Below, one piece after another: positions 9,013 to 18,782 of a DNA stretch of 64,000 nt. The stretch spans positions 41,779 through 105,778 of the forward strand of contig JBEKDE010000005.1 in assembly GCA_050014515.1 (NCBI GenBank), given 5' to 3'. The DNA is from Terracidiphilus sp. Lineage in GTDB: Bacteria > Acidobacteriota > Terriglobia > Terriglobales > Acidobacteriaceae. Below the pieces are notes generated by a model that worked only from the letters and a program-made list of their open reading frames with translations, was not told where the DNA came from and searched no databases. A program made the translations under genes and the position numbers. The first letter of the stretch is position 1, and the number at the start of each line of letters is the position of its first letter.

Positions 9013-9999
9013 ATGACGAAGACCGCTCCGCAGGATACAAGCACACAAATTGATGGCCAGATGGCTTCGGCGGTCTGGGAGGGCCTGACGGCGACGCCCA
9101 AGCGGTTGCCGGCCTGGCTGTTTTACGACGAGGCCGGGTCCCGGCTTTTCGAGGAGATTACCGAGCTTCCCGAGTACTATCTGACGCGCACGGAGCGGGG
9201 GATTTTCTCCGCTCACGCCGGGCAGATGATCGCGCGGGCAGCGGAGGGCCAGCCGCTGCGGATTACGGAACTGGGCGCCGGCTCCGCGGATAAGACTCGT
9301 CTGCTGCTGGCGGCAGCGGTGGCGCACCAAGGTGCAGTGATCTACGAGCCGGTGGACGTCTCAGCGAGCGCACTCGATGCGGCGCGGGAGCGGATCGAAC
9401 AGGAGTTCGACGGGGTAATGGTATCGCCCCGGATAGCTGACTATACGCGTGGAATTGAATACGGCACAGCCGAGGCCGGCGAGCGGCGGCTGGTGCTCTA
9501 TATCGGGTCGAGCATTGGGAACTTTGAGCCTTGGGAGGCGTCGGAGTTGCTGGAGCGGGTATGGGCGGAACTCAATCCGGGAGACTGCCTGCTGCTGGGG
9601 GTGGACCTGGTTAAGGAGGACTCGCTTCTTTTGGCGGCTTATGACGACCTGGCCGGGGTGACGGCAGCCTTCAACATGAACCTGCTGGAGCGACTGAATC
9701 GCGAGCTTGGCGCGGGCTTTGACATGGAGGCGTTTGCGCACCGCGCGGTCTGGAATCCGGCTGAGTCGCGGATTGAGATGCACCTGGAGAGCACGGTGGA
9801 GCAGACGGTTCGGTTGGAGGGGCTGGAACTCGAGGTGGATTTTGCGGCGGGCGAGAGCATCCATACCGAGAACAGCTACAAGTACCGGCCGGGGCAGGCG
9901 GAGGCGCTGCTTGAGGCGTCGGGCTTTGAGCCGGTGGAGAGCTGGACGGACGAGCGCGGCTGGTTCGGGGTCTGCCTGGGACGAAAGAGTAGCTGCTAG
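9013..9999 (+). CDS. egtD: L-histidine N-alpha-methyltransferase EgtD
   Basis: PKRLPAWLFYDEAGSRLFEEITELPEYYLTRTE, ELGAGS, GSSIGNF, AYDD..GVTAAFN, IHTENSYKY. Confidence 0.93.
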   Translation: MTKTAPQDTSTQIDGQMASAVWEGLTATPKRLPAWLFYDEAGSRLFEEITELPEYYLTRTERGIFSAHAGQMIARAAEGQPLRITELGAGSADKTRLLLAAAVAHQGAVIYEPVDVSASALDAARERIEQEFDGVMVSPRIADYTRGIEYGTAEAGERRLVLYIGSSIGNFEPWEASELLERVWAELNPGDCLLLGVDLVKEDSLLLAAYDDLAGVTAAFNMNLLERLNRELGAGFDMEAFAHRAVWNPAESRIEMHLESTVEQTVRLEGLELEVDFAAGESIHTENSYKYRPGQAEALLEASGFEPVESWTDERGWFGVCLGRKSSC

Positions 10000-10036
10000 C
10001 TTGCAGCTTTGGTCTTGCTGGAGCGGGCATTCGGGT

Positions 10037-10055
10037 TTTGCGCATATTGTGCAAA
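10037..10055. promoter_or_regulatory. Imperfect palindrome upstream of PNGase, candidate operator
   Basis: TTTGCGCA-TAT-TGTGCAAA in an AT-rich patch about 105 bp before the start. Confidence 0.35.
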
Positions 10056-10160
10056 TATCTCGCAAAATTCTCTCCAAACAATCATTTATTTGCTCGATAT
10101 AGTCACTTTGACGTGCTATTGTCAGTGCCACGTTGAGACTCCACTCGAAGGATCAATCCT

Positions 10161-11870
10161 ATGAACAAACATTTTTCCCGCCTTCTGACACTTGCGACGC
10201 TGGCAGTTCTTCCCGTTGCGTTTGCCGGTGCGCAAGTTGTTCTTGCTCCCGATACGCCGCAGGTCGGCTCATTGAACCCGGTCACGGCCGAGCCGCTGGT
10301 TCCCCGTCCCACAACAAAGCCCTGCACGGTTCAGCTATTCAGCAACCTGGAATTTGCTGACTTCAACGCTAAACCCTATTCCTATGCGCCGCCGGCGAAC
10401 TGCCCGGGACCGTGGGCCAAGGTGGTGTTTACTGCGGACTTTACCGTGACGGCCGGTATCCAGTACGACCGCACGGCATCGTTCTACCTGGGGGATGCGA
10501 GCATTTACTACGGCACCACGTCTGAGCCCACTTCGACCCTCAGCCCTGACTGGCACGTAGAGCGCGATGTCACGGATCTGTCCTACATCTTCAGTTCAAC
10601 GCAGTCTGGCCAGGCCATTCTTGGCAACTTTGTCGGCGTCTACAACGGCACGGATTACAACGGCATCATCTATGCGAATGCGGCATTGGAGTTTTATCCC
10701 GCGAATCGCATGAATCCGGCTCCAGCGGTGCCTGACATTGTGGTTCCCGTGAACGGTCCGGGCGGCAGCGCGGGCACGTTGAATACGACGACAGACACCA
10801 TTTCGCAGACGCTCAACCTGCCCGAGAATGTGGAGCGGGTTTATCTCGATGTGATTGCGCAGCCGCAGAGCAATGACGAGTTCTACTACTTCAATGTGCC
10901 AGACAGCGAGGAAAACAATCTGCAGTCCTACGGCGGCACTGCCTTCCGCGAGACTGAGATCTGGGTTGACGGCAATCCGGCAGGTGTAGCGCCGGTTTAT
11001 CCATTCGTTAACACGGGCGGCATTGACCCCAACCTGTGGCTTCCGATCGTCGCCAACCAGACCCACGACTTCAAGCCTTTCCGCGTGAACCTGACACCGT
11101 TTGCCGGGCTGCTGTCTGACGGCAGCACGCACACCGTGGCGGTCAGCGTCTTCAATGCCGATTCCTACTTTCTGGCTACGGCGAATCTGCTGGTCTACCA
11201 GGACCACCAGAGCAAGAAGGTGACAGGAGGCGTGCTGGAAAACACGCTTACCGAGCCCTCGCCGGTGCTGACGCAGAACATCAGCTATGACTCGACCACC
11301 GGCGAATATACCGGCACCATCAGCGACGACTCGGACCGCTCGTTCGTCATCAAGGGCTATGTCAACACTTCGCATGGACGCGTGGAAACGACACTGGCGC
11401 AGAAGATCACCTTCAACAATAAGCAGGAGTTCGACGTGAACCCCGCGACTGAATCGCCGGATATCCAGAATGCCCAGCAGGGCACCACGCTGGATTCGGT
11501 GGTCACCACGCAGCAGGGCTGGTCCACTGCGATCGACGAGCAGCACTACTCGTATCCGATTACCGTGAACTTCGCCTATGGCTCGCTCTCAGGCGGTGGT
11601 TTGTACGAGAACGTCAGCTTCGACCAGCAGTATCAGCTCACGACTGCCAGCAGTGGCGGGTTTGGTGTTCCGCCGCGCTTGACGACGACCTTCGAAGAAA
11701 CCAAGTCGCAGGACGATCAGGCGGTGAATGCAGCGGGTACTTATACCGATGCGTCGAACGCGTCACAGACTTATCGCACGAACAACTACCCCGGCGGCTG
11801 CTATGACGAGACGCTCACGGCGGCCAACAACGTGTTGACAGGCGTGACGCACGGCTGTAAGCACCCCTAA
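10161..11870 (+). CDS. Peptide-N4-(N-acetyl-beta-glucosaminyl)asparagine amidase A family (PNGase A/H+-like)
   Basis: Signal peptide, GIQYDRT...YYGTTSEP, WHVERDVTD, QSNDEFYY, FRETEIWVDG..AGVAPVYP..NTGGIDP.LW.P. Confidence 0.85.
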   Translation: MNKHFSRLLTLATLAVLPVAFAGAQVVLAPDTPQVGSLNPVTAEPLVPRPTTKPCTVQLFSNLEFADFNAKPYSYAPPANCPGPWAKVVFTADFTVTAGIQYDRTASFYLGDASIYYGTTSEPTSTLSPDWHVERDVTDLSYIFSSTQSGQAILGNFVGVYNGTDYNGIIYANAALEFYPANRMNPAPAVPDIVVPVNGPGGSAGTLNTTTDTISQTLNLPENVERVYLDVIAQPQSNDEFYYFNVPDSEENNLQSYGGTAFRETEIWVDGNPAGVAPVYPFVNTGGIDPNLWLPIVANQTHDFKPFRVNLTPFAGLLSDGSTHTVAVSVFNADSYFLATANLLVYQDHQSKKVTGGVLENTLTEPSPVLTQNISYDSTTGEYTGTISDDSDRSFVIKGYVNTSHGRVETTLAQKITFNNKQEFDVNPATESPDIQNAQQGTTLDSVVTTQQGWSTAIDEQHYSYPITVNFAYGSLSGGGLYENVSFDQQYQLTTASSGGFGVPPRLTTTFEETKSQDDQAVNAAGTYTDASNASQTYRTNNYPGGCYDETLTAANNVLTGVTHGCKHP

Positions 11871-11894
11871 ATTTGATTGTTCCTGCACTACCAC

Positions 11895-11932
11895 AAACAG
11901 CCTCACGCACCGATTGGCGCGTGGGGCTGTTT
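11895..11932 (+). terminator. Intrinsic terminator after PNGase
   Basis: Stem AAACAGCCTCACGC / GCGTGGGGCTGTTT, 25 bp after the stop. Confidence 0.7.
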
Positions 11933-11971
11933 GCTTCCCTACGAGCAATCTATCTGTTCTTGTAATTTAAC

Positions 11972-12000
11972 TTGACGGAATCTTTATACTATTTTACTCT
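11972..12000 (+). promoter_or_regulatory. Candidate sigma70 promoter of padR-ADOP
   Basis: TTGACG, 17 nt, TACTCT; 22 nt upstream of ATG 12023. Confidence 0.55.
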
Positions 12001-12022
12001 AGGCTTGTTTGACATAGGCCTT

Positions 12023-12373
12023 ATGGCATTCTCGAAGAAAACTGAACAACGCGACCTCTTTCGTGGCGCACTGGAGATGATGATTCTCCGGTCGGTGTTG
12101 CGTGAGCCGATGCATGGCTACGCACTTGTACAACACATCAAGCAACGGTCGAATGAACTTCTGCAGGTGGAAGAAGGCTCTCTGTATCCTGCGCTTCAGA
12201 GGCTGCTGCGGGAGGGCCTTGTGCAGGCGGAGTGGGAGATCTCGGCATCCAATCGCAGAGTGCGCACCTATCGCATCACGTCCGCGGGCAAGAAACACCT
12301 GGAGCACGAGATTTCCAGTTTCGAACGAATGCTCGAAGGAATCTCGCTGGTTCTTTCGCCAAATGAATCCTAG
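12023..12373 (+). CDS. PadR-family transcriptional regulator (acidobacterial type)
   Basis: RGALEMMIL, PMHGYAL, VEEGSLYPALQRL, NRRVRTYRIT. Directly upstream of the ADOP permease. Confidence 0.92.
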   Translation: MAFSKKTEQRDLFRGALEMMILRSVLREPMHGYALVQHIKQRSNELLQVEEGSLYPALQRLLREGLVQAEWEISASNRRVRTYRITSAGKKHLEHEISSFERMLEGISLVLSPNES

Positions 12374-12380
12374 GAGGAGT

Positions 12381-15026
12381 ATGCGTTGGCTCAAGCAGCT
12401 TGTGACGCGGCAAGGGATTTACAACGATCTCTCCGAGGAGATTGAGCAGCACCTGGCGGAGAAGACGGAGGCACTGATGGCCGAGGGGATGAGCCGCGAG
12501 GATGCGGAGCGGGCGGCGCGGCGGGAGTTTGGCAACGTGACACGGATTCATGAGCGCGGACGCGAAGCCTGGATGTGGCCGCTGGCGGAGAGTCTTTGGG
12601 CGGACATGAAATTTGCGTTTCGCCAGCTCACGAAGAGCCCTGGTTTTGCTTTGACGGCGATTCTGACCATCGCGCTGGGGATTGGCGCGACGACTGCCAT
12701 CTTCAGCCTGGTGAATGCGGTGCTGCTGAGGCCGCTGCCGTTCCCTGAACAGGATCGATTGATGTGGCTGAGCCTGCAGGACCATTCGCTGCCGGGGGTT
12801 GTGCCGCAGTCAGTGAGCTACCCGGATTACTTTGACTGGCGCGCGCAAAACCATACGTTTGAGTCGATGGCGTCTTACGCGCAGAGCCCGGTGATTCTGC
12901 AGCAGGACGGGGACGCGCAACGGATGGATGCGCAGGTGGTGTCGTCGAACTTCTTTCAACTGCTCGGCGTTGCGCCCATGCTGGGGCGGGACTTCAATCT
13001 GCAGGATGAGAAGCCTGGAAATCGCGCGGTGATGCTGAGTTATGCGCTTTGGCAGTCGAACTTTGGCGGGTCCAAGAATATTGTTGGCAAGACGATTCAA
13101 ATGGACGACGAGAAGTTTGTGGTCGCCGGTGTGATGCCGCGCGGGTTCCAGTTTCCGCTGGAGAATCCGGGGCCGGCTCTCTGGAAGTCGATTGCCGACG
13201 ATGCGGACGGCACGAGTCCGAAGACGGTGCAGCGCGGGTTCAATGTACTGGCGGTGATTGGCAGGCTCAAGACCGGGGCAACGCTCGACCAGGCGAGAGC
13301 TGACATGAATTTGGTTGCGGGCAATCTGGCTCGCGAATACCCGGACAACGACAAGCAGTTTTCATCGGCTCTGGTTGAGCCTGAACTCGCGCACATGACG
13401 GGCGACGTGCGGCCGGCGCTGCGCATTCTGTTTGGCGCAGTCACGTTGATGCTGTTGATTGTGTGCGCGAACGTGGCGGGGCTGCTGCTGGCACGCGGAT
13501 CACGACGCCATGCGGAGTTCGCGCTGCGGGCGGCGATTGGCGCGAGCCGCACGGCGATTGTTCGCCAGTTGCTGGTTGAGTCGGTCACGCTGTCGGTGTG
13601 CGGCGGGGCAGCGGGAGTTGCGCTTGCATACGGGCTGGTGCAGGCAGCGGAGCGGCTGATGCCGTTGGATATTCCACGCATGAATCGTGCGTCGATTGAC
13701 GGCAGCGTTTTGCTATTCGACTTGGCAGTTTCGCTGGTGGCAGGCATCGCGTTTGGGTTGCTGCCGGCGTTGCGTATGGCGCGTTCGACGCCCGCGCAGG
13801 CACTGCGTGAGGGCTCGCGGACCGTGGCCGGAGTCCGGGGACAGAATCGGCTGCACAACGGATTGGTGATTGCGCAGACTGCCATCGGCATGGTGCTGCT
13901 GATTGGCTCGGGGCTGCTGGTTCGCAGCTTTATTCGCATCGTCAATGTTGACCCGGGATTTGATTCAAAGCATGTATTGACCATGCGCGCGGGGGTTTCG
14001 TTTTTGAAGATGCAGCACGATCAGCATTTTTTGTTTTATCAACAGATGCTTGCGCGCATTGCCGCTGTGCCGGGCGTAGGGTCGGCATCCGCGGGCTGGC
14101 CGCTGCCGATGAACTCCAGCAACGTTACGGTCTCGTTCAACATTCAAGGCAGGCCGATGGCCAAGGGCGACGAGCCGAGCGAGTCACTGGGCGTGATCAT
14201 GCCGGGGTACTTCGAAACGATGCGTACTCCGCTGATTGCGGGGCGCACGTTTGACGAGCGCGACGGGCTCAAGGGACCGGCGACGATTGTCATCAACCAG
14301 GCATTTGCCAAGAAGTATTTTCCGCACGAAAATCCCCTGGGCCAGCATATCCAGGTGCGGGTGGGAGACGACGTTTTCAATTCGCCGATGCGGGAGGTGG
14401 TGGGAGTGGTCGGCGACATCAAGCGCAAAGGGCTAACGGCAGAGGCTGATCCGCAGTATTATCTTCCGTTCGCGCAGGCAGTGATCACCAATCCCTACAT
14501 GGTGATTCGCACCAACGTGGACCCGATGTCAGTGCAAGGGGCGGTGGCTGCGGCGATTCATGAGCTGGACAAGAGCGTGCCGCTTTACCAGGTCTCAACC
14601 ATGGACGAAATCATCTCGAAGTCCACAGCGCAGCCACGCTTTCAGACGTTCCTGCTGACGGGATTCGCGGCGATTGCTCTGGTGCTGGCGGCAATCGGGC
14701 TGTATGGACTGCTCTCTTATATCGTGGTGCAGCGCACGCTCGAGATCGGCCTGCGCATGGCTTTGGGGGCGCAGCGGCGGGATGTGCTGGGCATGATTGT
14801 GAAGCGCGGCTTCATGCTGGCGCTGCTGGGAGTGGCTGCGGGCCTGGCTGCCTCGGCCATGCTGACGCGGCTGATGGCGACGATGCTGTTCCGGGTACAC
14901 CCGTTCGATCCGCTGACGTTTGCAGTGACGTCAGCGCTGCTGCTAGTGGTGGGTGTGGCTGCGAGTAGCGTGCCCGCGTATCGCGCGGCGCAGATGGACC
15001 CGATGAAGACGCTGCGGGAACAATAG
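12381..15026 (+). CDS. ADOP (acidobacterial duplicated orphan) ABC permease, MacB/FtsX-like
   Basis: RBS AGGAGG. N-terminal DLSEEIEQHL...ARREFGN, duplicated MacB_PCD/FtsX halves, EIGLRMALGA, DPMKTLREQ end. Confidence 0.92.
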   Translation: MRWLKQLVTRQGIYNDLSEEIEQHLAEKTEALMAEGMSREDAERAARREFGNVTRIHERGREAWMWPLAESLWADMKFAFRQLTKSPGFALTAILTIALGIGATTAIFSLVNAVLLRPLPFPEQDRLMWLSLQDHSLPGVVPQSVSYPDYFDWRAQNHTFESMASYAQSPVILQQDGDAQRMDAQVVSSNFFQLLGVAPMLGRDFNLQDEKPGNRAVMLSYALWQSNFGGSKNIVGKTIQMDDEKFVVAGVMPRGFQFPLENPGPALWKSIADDADGTSPKTVQRGFNVLAVIGRLKTGATLDQARADMNLVAGNLAREYPDNDKQFSSALVEPELAHMTGDVRPALRILFGAVTLMLLIVCANVAGLLLARGSRRHAEFALRAAIGASRTAIVRQLLVESVTLSVCGGAAGVALAYGLVQAAERLMPLDIPRMNRASIDGSVLLFDLAVSLVAGIAFGLLPALRMARSTPAQALREGSRTVAGVRGQNRLHNGLVIAQTAIGMVLLIGSGLLVRSFIRIVNVDPGFDSKHVLTMRAGVSFLKMQHDQHFLFYQQMLARIAAVPGVGSASAGWPLPMNSSNVTVSFNIQGRPMAKGDEPSESLGVIMPGYFETMRTPLIAGRTFDERDGLKGPATIVINQAFAKKYFPHENPLGQHIQVRVGDDVFNSPMREVVGVVGDIKRKGLTAEADPQYYLPFAQAVITNPYMVIRTNVDPMSVQGAVAAAIHELDKSVPLYQVSTMDEIISKSTAQPRFQTFLLTGFAAIALVLAAIGLYGLLSYIVVQRTLEIGLRMALGAQRRDVLGMIVKRGFMLALLGVAAGLAASAMLTRLMATMLFRVHPFDPLTFAVTSALLLVVGVAASSVPAYRAAQMDPMKTLREQ

Positions 15027-15054
15027 CAGTGAACAGTGGACAGTGAGCGGTGGA
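15027..15054 (+). repeat. Heptamer tandem array (CAGTGAA-like x4)
   Basis: cagtgaa cagtgga cagtgag cggtgga immediately after the ADOP stop. Confidence 0.7.
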
Positions 15055-15104
15055 CCGTCGAGTGTATGCTTTCCCATCTTCAAAAGTGAGACTTGGACGG
15101 CGGG

Positions 15105-15506
15105 CTAGCTGTTTTCGACGCGGGCTTTGATATCTGAGTACGCTGCTTCAATGAACCTGGTGAGCGACGCGGCGTCTATGGGCATTCCTGGTTTCAGCTT
15201 CACATGGCGCATGAATTTGCCGGTGCCTTGCAGCAGGCGGGCCGGATCCGGCAGCGATGCGCCTTGAAAGAAACCCACGTTCACATGCGAAGTGAAGACA
15301 TTGACGTAGCCGAATGGCGCGTCGCCTAGACATGCGACCGGACAGCCGTCATGCAGGAGCTCACGGACTTCGTCTCCGCATTTTCGCATTACATCAAACC
15401 ACTGCTGCGCGATGGCGCCCAATTCACCTGCATGCGCTTTCAGCCACGCATCGATGGCGGGATCGCGCTCGACAGCTCCGTTGAGTCGGAACAATACGGT
15501 TCTCAT
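15105..15506 (-). CDS. DUF1801 family protein
   Basis: RBS GGAGG. FGYVNVFTSHVNVGFFQGASLPDPARLLQGTGKFMRHVKL. Confidence 0.8.
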   Translation of the reverse strand: MRTVLFRLNGAVERDPAIDAWLKAHAGELGAIAQQWFDVMRKCGDEVRELLHDGCPVACLGDAPFGYVNVFTSHVNVGFFQGASLPDPARLLQGTGKFMRHVKLKPGMPIDAASLTRFIEAAYSDIKARVENS

Positions 15507-15654
15507 CGTCCCTCCATTCTCCGACCTGGTGCCGATGGGGCATCTGCAGTGCGGCGGCCACTTGCTACCCGCTCGCATGGGCTTGGTAGCTTCTCGTCCC
15601 TACGCTGGAAAACGCGCAGGCATGGAGCACGTAGTTATTTGAGCTTCCTGCTTT

Positions 15655-15685
15655 CCCAGGTCTCTGAAGCGAAACCTGGGGCACC
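15655..15685. repeat. REP-like palindrome, CCCAGGTCTC...ACCTGGGGCACC family
   Basis: Related copies at 41722-41752, 50717-50749, 62445-62503, 37812-37845, 39703-39736 and 58001-58036. Confidence 0.7.
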
Positions 15686-15716
15686 GATTTCATCGATTTT
15701 CTGATGCTGGACTGCT

Positions 15717-16919
15717 TCACTTTGGCGCGTCAATCCGGACGAGGAGAATATCGCGGCTGGGGAGTTCAAGCGGTTGATTGTCAGTGAGGTGAACGGTCTT
15801 GCCGGTCCAGAGATCTTTGCCGGCCTGCGTGCCGTGCAGGCCGAGTCTGGCCAGGTCCAGATGGAACGGATGGGTGGTGTAGAGGTCGCTGCCGGCATTG
15901 AGGATGGCGAGGGCAATGGCTCCGTCCTTGAGCTCGCGGGACCATACTTCCACTTCACCAGAGGTGTAGACGCGGCGGGCCTGGTGTCCGAGCGGATCCT
16001 GGTCGATGGCGATGACGTCGTGGTTGGTGAGGATGGACTTGATCTCCGGCTTCATGTGGGGCAGATCGTTGCCGGCGAGGAGAGGTGCGGCGAGCATGGC
16101 CCACATGGAGAAGTGGGAGCGGTTTTGGGCAAGGCTGAGCTTGCCGTTGCCGACTTCAAGCATGTCGGGGTCGTTCCAGTGGCCGGGGCCGGCGTAGCTG
16201 GTAAGGCCGGATTGTTGCTCAAGGATGTCGTAAATGCGGTCCCAGTTGGGCTCGATGTCGCCGGTGGTACGCCAGAGGTTGCCGCCGAGAGCGGGCGCCC
16301 ACTCCCAGACCGAATCCCAACCATATTGACAGAGCGAAAGGACGATGGGGCGGCCGGTGGCTTTGAGCGCTTTGGACATCTTGTCATAGGCGGCGATCAT
16401 GAGGCGCATCTGCGCGGCTTTGTCATGGGGGGCCTGCTTTTCCATCACTGCAGGGATGAAACTGCAGAGATCGTACTTGAGGTAGTCGATGCCCCAGGAG
16501 GCGTAGAGTTGGGCGTCCTGCTCCTCGTGGCCGAGCGAGCCCTCGAAGCCGGCGCAGGTTTTGGGGCCAGGCGAGGAGTAGATACCGATTTTGAGGCCCT
16601 TGGAGTGGACGTAGTCGGCCAGGGCCTTCATGTCAGGGAATTTGGAGTTGGTGTGGAGGACGCCGTTGGCGTCACGCTGGCCCTCCCAGGTGTCGTCGAT
16701 GTTGACGTAGATGTAGCCAGCGTCTTTCATGCCGGTGGCGACGATCTGATCGGCGGAGTCGCGGATGTCCTTGTCGGTGACGCGTTCCGCGAAGTAGTTC
16801 CAACTGTTCCAGCCCATGGGGGGCGTCAATGCCACCTGCGACTGGGCGGCCGCTTCGGTTGCGAAGGAAATGGAGGCGAGAGCAAGGGCGGCGAGGAAAA
16901 GCGAGACGAAGATGCGCAT
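15717..16919 (-). CDS. Alpha-galactosidase, glycoside hydrolase family 27
   Basis: Signal peptide, TPPMGWNSWN, YVNIDDTW, WGIDYLKYDLC (nucleophile Asp), WRTTGDI, WNDPDMLEVG. Confidence 0.93.
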   Translation of the reverse strand: MRIFVSLFLAALALASISFATEAAAQSQVALTPPMGWNSWNYFAERVTDKDIRDSADQIVATGMKDAGYIYVNIDDTWEGQRDANGVLHTNSKFPDMKALADYVHSKGLKIGIYSSPGPKTCAGFEGSLGHEEQDAQLYASWGIDYLKYDLCSFIPAVMEKQAPHDKAAQMRLMIAAYDKMSKALKATGRPIVLSLCQYGWDSVWEWAPALGGNLWRTTGDIEPNWDRIYDILEQQSGLTSYAGPGHWNDPDMLEVGNGKLSLAQNRSHFSMWAMLAAPLLAGNDLPHMKPEIKSILTNHDVIAIDQDPLGHQARRVYTSGEVEVWSRELKDGAIALAILNAGSDLYTTHPFHLDLARLGLHGTQAGKDLWTGKTVHLTDNQPLELPSRDILLVRIDAPK

Positions 16920-16932
16920 GGAGGGTCCTTTT

Positions 16933-16946
16933 TGGAAACGATTACA
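16933..16946. promoter_or_regulatory. LacI/GalR-type operator
   Basis: TGGAAACGATTACA matches TGnAAnCGnTTnCA exactly and sits 13 nt upstream of the GH27 start codon. Confidence 0.7.
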
Positions 16947-17133
16947 GTGGGAATCTTATCCCTGCAATGGGGGATTCCGCAATTCGGCGGTGTGCGGCTG
17001 TGGTTCCGTACGGTAAGCTAAGGAAACTCTGCACAAGGACTTACATTGAAGCTCGACATTCCTCCGGACGAAGTTGTTGCGTTTCAGAGCCTTTGCGGTG
17101 ACTCCTGACGCGGTGACCGGGCAAGAACATACG

Positions 17134-18093
17134 ATGACGAATCTTGAGATCGAAGACGAAGGGATTGGTGAACAGGCACCTGCAGCTATCTGGCTGAAGG
17201 TTGCTGCTTCGCATGACCGGATCTTTTCAGAGCGCAACAAGACGGCGTTGAAGCACCTTGTCATCCGATTGGGAATCGCTGGGTTTGCGATTCACCTTCT
17301 GATGATCTATCTGGCCAAAACGCTCCCGCATCCGCCTGCGCTGATTGCCGGGGCAGGCGAGAACTACCTGGTCGCCATCTCGACTCCGTTCAACTTCATT
17401 CTGTTTTACGAAGTGGTGACGCTGATTGGGGCGCTGCACGAGTCGACTACGAAATCGATCGCTTACCAGTTTGAAATTGTTTCGCTGATCTTTATCCGAG
17501 AGGTCTTCAAGGATATTGCCGAAGCGGCGGAGATGGTGACCAAACACACGCTGACGTGGGAAGCGCTGCCGCTGTTTGTGGATATGTGGGCGGGGTTTCT
17601 GATGTACCTGCTGGTGGCGGTGTTTCAGCACGTGGCCAAGGGAAGCACCGCGCAAATGGGCGAGGGTGCTCCTTCGCTGGCACGGATGCGATTCGTCGCG
17701 CAGAAGAAGGGCGTGGCGCTGGGCCTGGGCGCTCTGCTGCTGACCATGGCGGCCTACAACATTGGGCTGTTCGGGATGGACGTGGTTCGCGATGCGATGA
17801 CCGGACAGACGGGGACGACCCACGTGACCACGTTCTATAACGATCTTTTCACGGTGATGATTTTTACCGATGTGCTGGTGCTGATTCTGTCGATTGTGGT
17901 TTCGGGGCATTACGAATTTGTGTTTCGCTCGGCGGCGTTTGTGGTGTCGATTGTGCTGATTCGGTTTGCGCTGACGGAGGGGTATCCGTATGGCGCGCCG
18001 CTGGCGATTCTGGCGATGGTGTTCGGGATCCTGGTGCTTGTTGTGTTTAATTACCACATGCGGATACATGAAAAGACAGCTGCCAGCTCTTAG
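17134..18093 (+). CDS. Conserved polytopic membrane protein of unknown function
   Basis: About 8 hydrophobic segments with GC3-biased codons. Confidence 0.75.
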   Translation: MTNLEIEDEGIGEQAPAAIWLKVAASHDRIFSERNKTALKHLVIRLGIAGFAIHLLMIYLAKTLPHPPALIAGAGENYLVAISTPFNFILFYEVVTLIGALHESTTKSIAYQFEIVSLIFIREVFKDIAEAAEMVTKHTLTWEALPLFVDMWAGFLMYLLVAVFQHVAKGSTAQMGEGAPSLARMRFVAQKKGVALGLGALLLTMAAYNIGLFGMDVVRDAMTGQTGTTHVTTFYNDLFTVMIFTDVLVLILSIVVSGHYEFVFRSAAFVVSIVLIRFALTEGYPYGAPLAILAMVFGILVLVVFNYHMRIHEKTAASS

Positions 18094-18179
18094 CTTCTAG
18101 CTGCTGGCTCTGTATTGCAGGCGTCAACACTGGTGGTCTCCAGGCGAGTGATTGCTGCAAAAGAGGAATTGGAATTGCG

Positions 18180-18704
18180 ATGAGTACCGGCGAAGGAAAT
18201 GTGACTGCGCTGTTTCTGGAGTTTTCGCAGCGAAAGCTGCTGGACCATCATTGGCCGCGGCTCAGGGCAAGTGTGGAAGTACTGACCGAGGAGCAGGTGT
18301 GGTGGCGGCCGAATGAGGCTTGCAACAGCGTGGGGAATCTGATTCTTCATCTGAACGGAAACGTGCGGCAGTGGCTGGTGGATTCGTTTGAGAGGCGCGA
18401 AGATAAGCGCGATCGGCCCGCCGAGTTTTCGGCTGAGGGCGGGATGACGGCGGCGGGATTGCTGGAACGGCTGGGTGCGACGATGGACGAGGCGCGGCGG
18501 GTGTTGGAGCAACTCACTGAGGCCGATCTGGTTGCTCCGTATGAGATTCAGGGCTATCACGTGAGCGGGCTGGAGGCGGTCTACCAGGTGGTGGAGCATT
18601 TCGGGCTGCACTACGGGCAGATTGCGTACATCGCCAAGAGCCTGAGCGGAAAAGATCTTGGATTCTATCGAGAATTGGATAAGACGGGCCGGGCCTCGCA
18701 ATAA
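18180..18704 (+). CDS. DinB/DUF1572 family protein
   Basis: WWRPNEACNSVGNLILHLNGN, RDRPAEF, VVEHFGLHYGQI. Confidence 0.85.
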   Translation: MSTGEGNVTALFLEFSQRKLLDHHWPRLRASVEVLTEEQVWWRPNEACNSVGNLILHLNGNVRQWLVDSFERREDKRDRPAEFSAEGGMTAAGLLERLGATMDEARRVLEQLTEADLVAPYEIQGYHVSGLEAVYQVVEHFGLHYGQIAYIAKSLSGKDLGFYRELDKTGRASQ

Positions 18705-18782
18705 AGGCGCGCTTCAAAGATTTTGAAAGCGCAATCGCTCATCCTCATTTCGAAAACCACTGGATTATTCGGAGGTCCTACC

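Noticed and set aside
15774-17021. Long antisense ORFs (this one; also 6663-7472, 35395-36435, 47266-48252, 59945-61123 and others)
   Set aside because: Shadow ORFs opposite well-supported genes in high-GC DNA, with no motifs.
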